DNA from: Styela clava | Lineage: Eukaryota | DNA: 64,000 bases | Assembly: GCF_964204865.1 (NCBI RefSeq) | Contig: NC_135264.1 | Location: 13,144,001-13,208,000 of the forward strand | Direction: 5' to 3' | In this document: in pieces, positions 13,151 through 27,516 of the stretch | Layout of the letters: the number at the start of each line of letters is the position of its first letter | How positions within the stretch are numbered: position 1 is the stretch's first letter | Notes under the pieces: generated by a model | Seen by the model: the letters and a program-made list of their open reading frames with translations, nothing else | The model's database searches: none | What the model was told of the DNA's origin: nothing | Translations under genes and position numbers: made by a program

Positions 13151-15625
13151 CAGGGGTCGGGAACCCATGGCTCTTTTGGTGACGGCATATGGCTCCCAGA
13201 AAAATCTAATATTCTAAGACTAGGCTTACTATTGTTACGAGATTTCAAACTCTTTTATAGCCAAATTTGGCAGGAAATTCCCAATACGTTTGAGAACGCG
13301 CGCCCAGCACATGTCTATGTTATGTAAGATATTTACTAGACAGGCATTGTGACAAACAAGGGGATTCTGGAACATATATTGTGACATAACAAAGCGATAT
13401 AGTTTTAAAAACACTACGGAGTAGCCTAAACCAGTGGTTCCCAAACTTTTTTGACCATCGCCCCCCTACAGTAGTTTATACAACTTCATCGCCCCCGGCA
13501 CTACAAAAAAAATGTAAAGTCAGAAACGAATATATAACATGTTTTTTACCATATGATATGTCGGAAATGAAAGAATCCAGGGCTCTACCTCCTCAAGAAT
13601 CGCCGTGTACTCTTGCCTTATAGCATTTATCTCCCTAAATTCACCCCATTTCACATTAAAATAATGAAAACAAAGTTGATTTTCCCAAACTTATAATAGT
13701 GATTTTCGTACATCTCATTCATTCCTACAGCCTGATGACCTGCATCAAGATACTTCGGTAAAATTCATCCCCGATTCCTCATCCTATCACGGTCTCCAGT
13801 CCATAAAATTAATCAGTCATTTGTTTTTGGATTCATGGACTCGGATGTTGAAGAAGCCGTGACCGACTATCGGCTACGGCCCATGGGTCGGCTGATTTCA
13901 TGTCGCTCGCGGGACAAAATTTAGGGTTGCTAGTCTTTTGCGGGTCGCGCATATTTTTTGAAAGTTAAAAACGGAACAACGCGCGAAAGCTGCGACAATT
14001 CGTGAACTCAACTCAGTCGTCTTATTGAAAAATTATTACAGTGACTTTTAATGTGACATTGTCTTGTTGCTGCATCGCGCGTGATAGCTTTACGACGCCA
14101 AGGAACTTTTCCTAAATGGGCATCACTAATCCCAGTTCTTTGCTTGTTCTTTGTAATGTTCATTTTCGAAAATATTTGTTCCCACAAATATGTACTTGCA
14201 AACATCGAAGTAAATATTTTTGCATGGTTTGTGAAATTTTGATAAAGGTTTTCTTTAAGAAGATACATTCTTACAAAAATTAAGCAGTGATGAATCTCTC
14301 GAATAGAATATGAATTTTATTTTCTTATCGCATTGCAACATATTCGAATATTTACTGCGCTATTGAACCCCTGCCCACAGCATCAACTTTTCTTCGTGTT
14401 CCAATTTGTCTAATTATAATTAAATTGTAGGCTCGTTAAACGATTTGCTGGTCAATAGAATTTTTAGGATATAATAAAATTTAGTCTAAACGTGTCTCAC
14501 GATAAATTCGGTAACGTAAAAAATGTAGTTTACTCCTCGAGCGTAGATTATAAATAAAAATAATTCATTGTAAAAACCGCCGTTCGAATGTTTCCCCGTG
14601 CATAGACTTCCTTGTTTACTTCGTGACATTGGCCAATCAACAAGATGCAAAAATAAACGTAACAATGCCCCCTTTTGCATCCGCTCAGACACACTCACTC
14701 AGACAGATATTCAGGCGTGGTCGTGAACATTACCTCATTTTCGCGTTTTTGAATTATATTTGTTAGTTTTTAATTGTTTTTCGAAAATTTAAATATAAAT
14801 CAAAGAAATGAATGATTACTTTGTCTTCCTGTGAGTTTCAGTTTAATTACAGTAATCAAAAATTAGTCTAGAATAATATGTGATAGACTAGGCTAATATT
14901 CTTTATCGGTACTTTTAAAAAACAGATTGTTGAATGGTATGAATTAGAATGATAGTTTACAAATACCCAATTTTACAAGCAACAACTCGCGAAACCACTC
15001 TTAAAATAAGTACCAAAAGCTTTAAAATGGTAAAGTATAGGAAGAATTTTCCACGGGCAAAGGTCGGGGATAGGTCCATTCAGTGAATCTTCCCGGGCCA
15101 GATTTTTTTTTCTCCGGCCGTATTTTGCCGACCGATACGCAAACTACTGTACCTTACTGCGAAGACGAGTCCAGCAATCCTTTCGCGTGTGATTATCGCC
15201 CACGTGATTCAAGCCTACGAATGCACACAGAGTACAGAACTAAGTGCACGATGCACCGAAGAAAAACAGGTTTCGCGAAATCGCCCCCCTATCGACCCCT
15301 TCGACGTTTTCGCCCCCCTCTGTATCGTTTTCGCCCACCGGGGGGCGATATCGCCCACTTTGGGAATCACTGGCCTAAACGAAAAAGGGTGATGAGTATC
15401 GTAGATTTCAACTTGGGCTGCAAGTGAGCAACCGTTCAAGGCCCGCAGCGACTACATGCAGCATCAGAAATCACATTAAATGTATATTGACATTGTATGT
15501 GTTGACTTTCGAGTAAACATTTCAGGTCTGATTAATTGAAGAAATGTTATATGGCTCGCACGGAAATGCAATTGAGAATATGTATATTTTATGGCTCTCT
15601 TGACCAAAAAGGTTCCCGACCCCTG
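13151..15625. mobile_element. hAT MITE, outer element of a nest, ending 18 bp downstream of the GPCR stop codon
   Basis: TIR caggggtcgggaacc / ggttcccgacccctg; TSD ttgtagat on both sides. Confidence 0.9.
13432..15372 (-). mobile_element. Nested non-autonomous hAT element containing a Buster/SPIN-like transposase remnant
   Basis: TIR cagtggttcccaaa / tttgggaatcactg; TSD gcctaaac. Minus-strand 14008-14268 reads HAKIFTSMFASTYLWEQIFSKMNITKNKQRTGISDAHL, matching the hAT dimerisation motif (F.STYLCEQ.FS.M). Confidence 0.88.
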
Positions 15626-15643
15626 TTGTAGATGAAACAAAGC

Positions 15644-18600
15644 CTAATTCTGAACGGCAATATTTTTATCTTTGGATTTGTCGCCTGGGGTTAATGGGGA
15701 TTCCGCTAATGAATCTAGGTCTCTAATAATTTCTGGAGTCACAGGCGCGATATATGTGTTCGCCGTTCTCATTGATGGGGATTCGCACCTGTACAAATCT
15801 TCCTCTGCTGCACATCGCTTTTCATTGGAAGAACTACTTGCTGATTCCGACTTAACAGTCAAAAACAATCCAATTTTGCTTAGTCGGACCACGAACTTTG
15901 ATCCATTGTCACTGGATCTGTGTTTCACTTGTTGTTTTTCCGTGTCGGGTTTGTCAGTATTAGATAGCTGAGGCGTGAGCTTGGCGTGTTCACCAGTTTG
16001 TGCGAAGTTTCCTGATTCACATCCACCTCGGGGAAGCTGCGACAAGTTAAACATAGTATCATTCTTCGTTTTACGTCCGAAGTGCATTGTCAAATGTCGC
16101 CAGAGTTTAAACATGCTGTTGTTTATGATTTCTGAATATATGATTGGATTGGTCGCACTGTTTATGGGTAACAAAATTACAGCCACGAAAGAGTACACCC
16201 ATGTGGGCAAACTAGCGCTAAACTGTGCGATATAACCAATTATAGAAATTGGTATCCAGCACATACAGTTTGTAAGGACAAGTCTAGCAATTTTCTTGTT
16301 CATTCTCGTGGTGTTATCTTTGGTATGGTTGGCGCGTGAGCCTATTTTTCTCTGAGCAAACGATCCGGCATTTTTATTCACAGTTCGGGAATTTAGGAAA
16401 GAGGTACCGTCGTTGTGTTCACTCTGGGTGCGGTTTGACGATTTCATCATTCGCTTTTGGCGCCTTCTAGTCCGCAGTGCAACAACCAGATAAGCGCATA
16501 TAATGTACATGCTTGCAACGAAGTTTAGAGTTAGAATAAAAATGGAATATATATCTCCAATTGTGCTCTTTATGTTGGAGTTTCTTGAGAATAATGCTGG
16601 TAGGCAAACACCATGCGCACTGTAGTATCCAAAGTCACGCATCGATTTCACACCTGGCAGAAAAGTTATCACAGCTTGGCTGAGCGATTCCCAATTGTCA
16701 ACTTTTGTGCTGCTGCAAAGCTTTAAACGAAATTACCCAATAAGTCATGCATAAAAATGAATATATATACCGTGTTTTACGGACCATAAGGCGCGCTTTA
16801 AATCCCCCCTTTTTTTCTCAAAAAATGACCTTGTGCCTTATAAGCCGGTGCGCTTAATGTATGTATCAGATAGTGTTTTAGGCTGTATTGCCTACAATCG
16901 AAACCAGTACCCGTTGCGCCTTATACATCGAATAAACCCAAATCTAAACAATTTATTGACGGTGCGCTCTATAACCCTTATGGTCCATAAAATACTGTGT
17001 AGAGAGGCTATATTTTTTTAAATCTTGAGATCATACATATACCTCTCGTGTTATGTTCTGTTGCCTGGAATCGGTGAGCACACATGCTTTGCTGAGAAAA
17101 TCAATAACGTTGGCTTTCGTCATCTCTTGGTATGACAAATGCAAAAAGTGCGAACTTTCAGCAGGGTGGGAAAACCATATAGAGGTGACAAAGTAAGATC
17201 TGAAAGTATCCATTCGAGGGATAACTGCTATTGCCACAGATAAAATCCACGAACATAAAACACAACATAACGCTTTAATTGGTTTTATACTCCCAGCCTT
17301 CATTGGTTTAATTACAGCATAAAGTCGGTACGACGTCAGTGTTGTCATAATAAAAACCTGAAAAAAAAGGGTTGCGTTTCAAGCTATCACGTTATGTGCA
17401 TTTCGGCATGAAATTAGGAGAGACTGAGACAATGCCCACATTGTTTTTATTTAATTGTATCTTGGGAACTTATATACTGTGTAATGTGTATATATATATA
17501 CATGTCAAATTGTTGCCCAATGTAAAAGTTATTTGTAGTTACTTGTGGCTTTGTGATAAAGAGTTACACACTGTTTGGTTATTTGAACATGAACTGCTCT
17601 TCATAGAGCGCTTATTTAGGAAACAGTTACACGTTTCAAATACCGAAGTTTGCACTGAAATTACGACCAAAGTTCCGATGTTTTCACATTGGTTGCTGCT
17701 CCTCCATATCAAATCCCAAGTACAGTAATCTCCGGCATATTTATTCATTTTCGTAATCAATGCAATCTGTTAAGAATTGTATTATGTTTTAGATTTCACC
17801 CTCAAATATTTACCCAAATTTCGCGCACTTTTATGCCTGAGATAGCGAAACCTAATTAACAATAAATTTCATATATATTATCATCAAAAGAAGAGAAAGT
17901 TAAAATAAGAGGTTCTTACAGTAGGAAGGTTGGCAACACCGCGAGGTGGCAGGGATGAATAACGCGATTGTCATGGATATACTCTTTATTCTTTCGAATC
18001 AAAACTAAAGAACAAAACTCACCAAATAAAACCCTGTTAAAATATCAGCAAATGCTAAATTCAGTACAAGAACATCGTTGCATTTTGCCAAAGCACTGGC
18101 ATTAGCCACAGTCTTCTTCCGGTCCTGCGCCGTTGATACTAAAAACATATTATTTTGAGGCATTTTACTTTGTAATTAGTTTACTCTAAGTATTAATATT
18201 TCATACTTAGTCTGCCAAAAATGATTGCAATTCTTCTCCCAAAGCCTTCAACGTCAGATAATTTCCGTGATAATCGCGATGTTTTTAAAATCTTTGCTGT
18301 TTTGGTGAGAATGATGACAAAATTTCCACAAACAGCCGGAATAGCAATGAAGTAGAGCCACAGACGAATAAAACCATTCGAAATTAGTTGTGTTTGGGAG
18401 CTTATCGGGTCATTTTTAAACGTCGTTGGATCAGGGCATTCGTCACTGCCGTCGGTACAATCTCGTACGCCATCTTGTACCTGAGCTCTGAAATTTCGAA
18501 AAATATTTCATAGATTTACTCATGAAAAAACTTAATAAGCATTTATTTGATTGATTTTCTGTCATGAGTTTTAATGTCAAAAATTTTCCACTGTAAATTC

Positions 18601-21600
18601 TCAAACAAATTCGTGCAACAAATTTTTATAGGATAGATATTTGCAATTGGAGTCAAGTGGAATTTTTTTTCCAGCCAGTGAAAAAATCAAATCGCACTCA
18701 AATTACGAAAAAAATATATTTAGTTTCACTGAGGAAGGGAAGTCGCGGGGAACCAAAACTGGTTATCGAGCAGCGACATTCAAGGTTATAATGATTTAAA
18801 ATAGTGGAGATTTTCGAAGTTTCTGTTATTGGCGGTTGGTAGCGCATAGATTTTGTGAGTTATCCAATAATCTATTAGCCATAGATTATTACTAGAAATT
18901 ACCATGTATTAATTAATTAACTCAAATATTCAATGTTACAAATCTAATAATCGTTGAGATCCATGGCGAGCTTTATTAATGTTATCACTCAAGTTTCATA
19001 ACATAAACCAAATTATTTGTTAAAAAAGCATTAGTTTTAGCAATTAGTTTTACACAGTTTAGGTTACTTTACCTGAAGGTAGATTAAAGAATAAAATAAC
19101 ATCTTACATTTCAACGTAGAATGGACTCTCAGCATTCCTACAATAAAAATGTCCCGGACAATTCAACTCATCGACTGCATCTACGCAATCTGCAAATCCA
19201 TCACACACTTTACTTTTTTCTATACTGATCCTAGTCGCAATGTCGGGTGTAGAAATCTTAAATTAAAAAGGCAATTAATTGTTTACTAAATCTGATTTTT
19301 AAGAATCTTAATTTCACGACAACTCTTACATTTAGTTTCAATGCAGACAATGTGGAAATAACATCGCATGAGAATCTGGTGTCTTCGCAATACTTTTCGT
19401 CGATTCCTTCATCACATTGGGGAATACCATCACACAGTTGGGCAGGCATTAAAGGGACAGCTCCCTTTATACACCTAGATAACAATAAATGTTTAATATT
19501 ATGATCTCAATATCATAATCTAATGGCTGTTTCCCCTTTCGCTCCAGAAACATTCTTCCTATACTTTACCATTGCACATTATTTTATTATGCTTGTTTTG
19601 AAAGTGGTTTCGCGAGTTGGCGCTTACAAATTGGTTTATATGTTCAAAAGTAACATTTATATTTAAAATATTTAACCATCTCTGTCATTTAAAAGTTTCG
19701 GTAGAAAAGTTTAGCCTAGTCAATTGCAGCTCTTTCTGTTCCATTATTGATTAATACAAACAAACTTAAACTTATAGAAAGACGACGTGATCATTGAGTT
19801 ATGTTATTCATTTTTAAACACAACCAAAACCGAGATAATGTTTAGAACCATGCCTGAAAATCTGTCTGTGACAAAATTGTCTGAGCGACTGCCTACTTTC
19901 TATCGTTACGTCACGTAATGCTTGTTGCTAATTAGCCAATTCTACGGAAGTAAACAAGGAGCTCTATACTCGAGAAAACATCCATGTGTACTGAGTTGTG
20001 TACTTATAAAGTGGTCAAGACAGTGTGCTTTTGATTTCAAACATATATTCATCAATAATTTAATTGGTACCAATATACAACCATTAACACCATTTGGGAA
20101 ATTATGCAATTCTGATTTATATATTTTATAGCAAATAATACTATGTTTAACCTACCATATTTCACCAGCTAATTTGCAATAGGAAGGTCTTCGATTACCA
20201 CAGCCATTGTCTTTGGCAAACCCATCAATTTCGTTATAATCTGTTGACAAGTCACATTCGTCAGCAAGGCCAAGGCATTCCGGTACTCCGTCACATATAT
20301 TCCCAATAGATTCCAGTTCCTTAGGATACCTTGGGAAATAAATACGTGTAAACCGAATAAATCGAAAGTATGTTTTACTCGTAAACAGTAAGGTCGAGAA
20401 ATATGTCATCTACTTTAATATGATTGACTGATGACTAATTTTCGATCGCGACATCTTAATTGGATGTTCGAACTAAGTTTATTATTGGCGGTCCCTTGGG
20501 ATAAAAGTTGATATGCTAGTTTCTGTACCATGGGAAATTTTAATGAATTGTGCATAAACACAAATGTTGTTAAAAAATAAACCGTTCTATATTTTTTCAT
20601 GTATCATGACTGAACTGAACACAATAAAATAATAACTTTGAATCCATGCTAAGGTACAAAAATTAGGTTCACTGTTATTAAATTAATTATTAATAACTTT
20701 TACACAGCTTTTAAATCAAATTCGTTATATCTGGGATCGTCCAGTTCAGATATTTTTATTCGGTTATCATATGCCCAATTAACCACTTCTAAATACAAGT
20801 AAACCCACTTTGCAGAAAATTATCATATCGTCACACTCATGACCAAATTGCGTAATTACTTTTGGGCGACTTTTTCATCCAATAGTTATTTAAGAATTGC
20901 TGCGCGTCAGGTTGTCAACTCGGACTTTATCCGATGGATGTCGAAACGCGTAATAATGAGAATAAACGTTGTAATTGTTAAACCTTATAATGAATTGTTA
21001 TAGTTTTACATATCAGAATTGTGATGTCACTGAGTCTAATGAAGATCGACGAAGCCTTACAGAGTTTAGTTGAGCGCTTAGAAATTATAATTTGCACTCT
21101 GCATAGAAGAGTATAGACCATGGCCTTTTTCAATGATGTCTTTTTATTCATTGTATTTAATATTTGGGAAAATCTGAGTTTTGGTAGGATGCATAGAATT
21201 GAATTAAATCATAATCCGGTTACTACTAAAAAATTTGAACACGGGCAATAACTTACTAATAATCCCAATTTTTACCGGAACTTCTTTTATATTTCGCTCA
21301 AAAACGATAAAAATGACTTACGCAATTCTGTTATTAGCGTGGCGATATTACAGGTGTTTGATAGATAAAAATTTTGCTTTCTAATTTTCATGATTAAGAT
21401 TCAATCCGACTTACACCAATCACCAATGAGTTATTATTTAAATATAAAAATTTTTGAATTCATTGTATTAATATTAACCAAACCTTTTCCAAAAGTATTC
21501 GTGTGGACATGTCATCGATTTGTTACCACTCTGATTTGCTACTCCATTTACGGCTATGTTTATAGAAGCACAATACCATTCGTCACGTCCATCCTCGCAA

Positions 21601-24600
21601 TCCTTTACTCCATCACATATTTGACTTGTGTTTATGCATTTATAATCCTTATTATTTACTGAATTTTCCGAATTTTTGTTCAGGCAAACCATAAAGCCTG
21701 GTTTGCAAAGTAGACATGGATCGGAAGTTGTAGCATTTTTTAAAATGGGCATGCGTTTTGTTCGAAATTTATCTTCGAAAACATCGAAACATATGTTCAT
21801 GCATATATCCAGTCCAACTTGATTATTAAACATTCTTTTTCCGCACAAACATTCGTCTGTCAGATCGGGACAGTCAAAAACCCCATCACAAACTTGGCGT
21901 TGAAAGATCGTTCCATCCGAATTCTTTTCCGGGTTCCCGCCAAAACCAAGACATGTGACCCTTTTATCGGCGACCGATATAATAGTGCTTTCATCCGATC
22001 CATCAGCACAGTCGACAACGCCGTCGTCAAGTAGACTTCGGGGAATAGAGCAAACTTCACCGAATGATCCTGTTATTATTATATATGATTTACTAAATTT
22101 CGTGATGGAATAGAACCCACAACAATCCAAAATGCACTTAATTTGATAACCTTTTTTTTAATGTCTATGACTTGTGCGCTGGATTGAATTTAGTTTGATA
22201 AACAGTGAAACATATATATATACGTTGTGTAATAAAATTGTAGTATAATATACTTATTTCAGGTTCATAAAAGCGACAAATATTTTTGTAAACATTATGT
22301 TTGGTATTTTCTGAATACTCGGTAACAAATTTGATTTAATATGAGGGTGCATCGACATACAGTATTGAATATTTTTATGTAAATCAGTATTAAAAACCAG
22401 ACAATTAATTTGATCAAGATTCATGAATATTTATGAAAGATCCAGACGAAACATAATTATAAAATATATCAATATTGGTTTACAAACCCTTCTTGTTACG
22501 GTGAACACGACATTTCATTCCTGAACCCGAATTTTCTTCGTCGCTTCCATCGGCACAGTCAATTTTTCCATCGCAAAAATACGATCGAAGAATGCAATGA
22601 GACGAAACGACACCATTCCTGCAATAACACTCAATATCCATTAAAGATAGAGGCAGGGCGAGCGTTAGATATTTAACAAGAATTGATTTTTGTGCTACAT
22701 TCCGTGAAAATTTCGTAAAATTGCATCCGGAAATATCTTGGCTTCAACGCAATATATTTTATTTCAATAATAATAGTAATTTGCGATACATTTTTGTTAT
22801 TTCTAATATAGTGAATAAAAAACAAATTTGTTTCATTTCTGCGGGTGGGAGGCATTTTATTTTGAAGTTAAACAATGAATCAGAATTCGTAAACGTAAAC
22901 TTAATTATACTTGACCAGAAGGTACATACCAGGGGAATAAACTGAATTAGCGGAGCCAAAAATGACGCTGGCACTATTGAAATGTTCGGTAAAATACCTA
23001 GGTGTTACTGTGTCACAATAAACAAATCACAAAAAAATAGTTAAGTTTTATAGAGTCAGCAAGAAAGAAGAAAAAAACATGGGGAATTTAAGTTTGCCAA
23101 TGAGACTGTGGTTGAATTAAACGAAAGAGAACGTTTTACTATTTGAAATGAATGAATTGTTCTTTGGCCTCACCTTAAAAATTTATCTCCTAGCTCCAAA
23201 CTGTCTGGGCAGACAAAATACTTCCCGGTGATTTCTCCAGGACAGAGAGACGTATTCGCTTCGTCTGAACAGTCTTGGCAATCGACCACGCCATCACAAA
23301 CCTATTGATATGTTTGATGTTCATGAGAAAATGTTAACTGTTCGTAATTTATTTTCTTCCGCAACACTTGCACTCATGGTTAGACTTTTTTAACACCATT
23401 CGATTATTTTACTCTTCGTAAATAACACGTCCCCAAGACTCTGGATCCCGTCTCGAAAATAAATATTGTTTCCCCCGAAAGTTATCCCAGGTAAACATTT
23501 CGGACAATTATGTTCCAAAATACTGGCGGAAACGTTTTATTAAAAATGTTTTCGAAATTCAACAAATAATTCAGTTCATAATCATGAATTTAAAATTAAG
23601 AACATCAAATATAGGTTAATAATAATGAAATGTTTGCAAACTTTTTTCTTCAAAAATATTGTGATGTTGATTTTTTTTAAATGTAACTTTATCTAAAGCC
23701 AACACTCTCATCACGTTGTGAGTAACGTTTAATTAGTTGAATATGTTTCCATGGGTGTTATATCCAACTACAAATTTTAAATACGGCTCTGTATCAAAGT
23801 CAATACATATCTAATCTGTTTCAAAATTTGTGGTTAATAAGAGCCAGACTGAACGAAATTGAGATTTCCACGAGCATATGTGTCAAATAATATTAATATC
23901 ATTTTCCAAATTCAATTAGTAATTCTTGTAAAACTGATATAGATACTTCCATTTGATCAAACGTCATACCTTTCTGATTTTGGGACGAATCCAAGAATTT
24001 AATTAGACGGAAAATTTAGTCTCACTCTCATAAATAAAATCATGACGTTGTAAATACTGAATTATTCAGTGAGGAGTAGATGGAAAATTAAATTTTAAAC
24101 ACAGGCGTACACGATTTTCATCGAGGTAATTGGCTAGTCGATCAAGTTTGAGTTGTAGATAATTCACATGCATTTGTCCACAAACTGAGGTTAACCGGGT
24201 GCAAACTTCATAATTACTGAACTTCGAATTCAAGATCATAATCGAACCTTTCTATTAGAAAGACATCTGCTTCCGTTATCACATGAATGTTCTTCCGGGT
24301 GGCATATCAATTTCTTCGCATTTTCGTCACTGCCATCCGGACATTGAATGACGCCATCATTAACCCATGACCTCGGAATGCATCGAATTGTAATTATTTT
24401 GTTTTTGGTGGATTGCCTTGCTAAACAAGCAAATTCGAATGTAGAACATGAACCAATTGCTCTGCATACAAAATGAATAAAAAATATTTAAAAATAGTTT
24501 TATGATATTTAGGTCTGAAATCTACGGTATTGCTTTTCAAATTACCCAATAATTTCATCGCTGGAGTTTCGAAAACGATTACAATCCGCTTTTCCGTCTC

Positions 24601-27395
24601 CAACTTTGTGTCGAGGTATACAGCGCCGAGCGTTTCCAGGACATCTATATTCTCCTGTATTTTTGCCACAGACTTTTAAAATCGATGATTCTTTCTCATC
24701 TTCTCCGTCGTAACAATCCTTCATGTGATCACGTACCTAGTTAAGTATATATATTTGTTGAATACAGACAATGGGAAGCGCTTTTTCAATCAATATTTTA
24801 TACCTTTTCACGTGGTATGCATCGACCATTTACTTGGCACATAAATTCTCTATCTGTACAATGCCACTCAAACTCTTCTCCTTCGTCTTGGTGGCTACGT
24901 GGACATTCTGAAGTCCTTGAACGAACGTAATGTCGAGATATGCATCGTCCTTGAGGGCACCTATTTTACATACAATATACTTGATTGTAAGTGGTATATA
25001 ATCGCTCTGTGACAAGTTGTGACATATTGCATACATAGAATGTAATTGCTATACAAATCAATAACACAAATAAAATATGGTTATGTCATTTCGTACCTGA
25101 ATTCGGCGTCCTTTCTACACGGTAAATTTTGAACTCCTCCCGAATCACTGCCATCGGTGCACAACCCTAGCTGAAATTTATTTTTATTTATTTTATCAAT
25201 AATATTTTAAATCTATTATGAAAGGACGAAAACTTTTTCATCATCATTCACAGTTGTTGCTTCGGTGTGATTTTTGTCAAAGAAAACCGCGAACCAAAGA
25301 TTATGCAATTAAACCGTTGCACATTCAGTCTTCATGAAAACTTAATCCTTTTTATAACACAGAAGGACTGTGTAACAGGATTTGGCGTTGACTACGTAGT
25401 CACCACAATGAAATTACCGCAAATTTTCGATACTAAGGAAATCCATAAGTCGCATAGTAATAGGATTTAAATTGCGGATGAAGCAAAGAGATGGGGACAT
25501 TTCGAAAATGCGTAAATATCTTATTTTACGTGGATTAGGTATCCCAGGAGAATAGTGTTATGCAATTAGACACGGTCCGCCCAAAGTGTATATTAGACTA
25601 ATAGTCTAATTAAAATTATAGTATACTTTAAGATATTTGATCTCCAACCGTTTTAAAATATAAATCAAAGTTTTTACATTTTAATAAACTTATGTTTGGC
25701 TCACGAACCATTTTTCTTATGACTGTTATCATTAAAATGTGTTTATGTCACGCTGCAACACACGTTATTTTTCGCATACACACACTGGCTAAAAATAGCA
25801 AAAATTTTTAAAATGGTGATATCTATATTACCAGTCTATTTATATGGGTTCTGTGAATACATTGCCCGTTCACTCTGCATCGAAATTCGTCGGCATGGCA
25901 TCTTTCCAGAGGATAATCTTCATCGCTCGTGTCGTTCACCCCACAGTTAAATATCCCATTCCGAACCTGACAAAAAAAAAATTGCAAATTCTTGGAGCCA
26001 AAAATTTTTATGTTGTAATTAGCATTTCACGCCGCCTTGAATTCTAAGATGTCATCTTTAGTTTGTTTCGCTTGTCTGGTATCAAAAAGGGCGCTTCAGA
26101 AGTGTGTGTACCAATATAACGATAACTAATTTTGTTCGCCTACTTGACATCAGGTTGTGTAAAGGGACTGAACCTATGGGCAGGAGTTATATTCACTTGG
26201 CTAACACAGACAGTCCCCGAACTCCAAATAGAATTAAAATAAGGAAATCGGAATAAAATTATGGCCTTACCCTAACCTGGTACATACACTATACGGGAGT
26301 ACCGAAAAAAGTTCGCTGAGCGTTAATATGGTGAAACACGGATAAATTAGAGCAGTTCAAAAGGAAAATATGATGATTGAATGGTTTAACTGAGTCTGGA
26401 GTGACTATAGCACTATTAAAAACTGCAAACTAAACCTTTATAATACTGGCCATTGGTGTCGACAGGGAATATCAACACAATATTAGGTATAGATTGTGTT
26501 ACTTACAGGCTCGTTTAAAATATCAATACATTTTTAATTGTGTGGTTTCTATTTCTTTGATAGAGCGATATTTGTTTTTATCACAGTCAATTGAGATCAA
26601 CCACAGTCCCTTTGTTGACGACTGATGGCAAGCGTATTTTTAAGTGATGTCGTTTTAAACTGATATTTTCAGATCAAAAATGTTCATGAACGATCGATGT
26701 GCAGCATATCTTAGACTGGATATCTTGCTGTAAACGCTAACGAATTATGTTTATTTCTCCTTCAAGTCTTCGACAAACTTCACCGCTTAAATTGGTTATC
26801 CTATTCTAATTCTCTTTAAGCCTAATAACTTGGTCATTTCTGCATTACCCTGATTGTGAGAAATGATCAAAATAGTTATCAACGTCTTATAATATATCAC
26901 AACTGTCATATTTATGGATGAAGGCAAACATATAGATATAATATACAGATGTTTTTGTTTACAAAAGATGGATAATTATATTTTTGATAGTGTGCAAATA
27001 TTGGGTGGTATGAAAAGAAAACAACCCGGCAAAGCATCGTACTTGGAAGTATAATCTAAACCAATACTAAACTAAGCCAATTTACACGAAAACTGCTATG
27101 TGAAGCATGTTTGCAGGCTGGTAGTCATACAGGTGGTCTAAATTTATGAGGCTAACTAAAACAATAAATTTACAATAATGTTACTTACCAACTCTCTCGC
27201 GATGCATTTTCCTGTAATTTTGCACTGAAATTCATCATCCATACATTCAAAAGGACTGGCCACATCTTTCACAATCACAGCTTTTGGCTGTATGATAATC
27301 TCAGTTGAATAAGAAAGATCAACTACATAACACTCCAGAATAAACACAACGAAGACGTAAAACAACAATTTTGAGATGCTAAAAGTAAGTCCCAT
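15644..27395 (-). CDS. Rhodopsin-class GPCR with ~15 LDL-receptor class A repeats and no LRRs (GRL101/RXFP-related LDLa-GPCR); approximately 16 exons
   Basis: Signal peptide MGLTFSISKLLFYVFVVFILEC at 27395. Repeated C-D-G-x-x-D-C-x-D-G-S-D-E modules occur in exons near 27189-27395, 25832-25966, 25097-25170, 24801-24960, 24546-24737, 24248-24420, 23175-23301, 22490-22618, 21480-22069, 20155-20331, 19330-19475, 19110-19254 and 18210-18488. TM motifs: GNFVII (TM1), LNLAFADILTGFYL (TM2), TSYRLYAV (TM3), TNCMCWIP (TM6), LPINSATNPIIY (TM7). Confidence 0.88.
16768..16999. mobile_element. MITE with taccgtg-type TIRs (Tc1/mariner-pogo-like) in a GPCR intron
   Basis: taccgtgttttacggaccataagg ... ccttatggtccataaaatactgtg, inserted in a TA run. 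A related fragment lies at ~35486-35600. Confidence 0.65.
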
Positions 27396-27516
27396 AATGT
27401 CGACTGACTGAAACATTTTCGATACAAGCGAGTTCCATAGATGTACAAGATTCTCTCGTTTATTTTTTCGCGAGTCGATTTTCATTAGTGAAAAGCGAAA
27501 TGCTGGCGATATAAAC

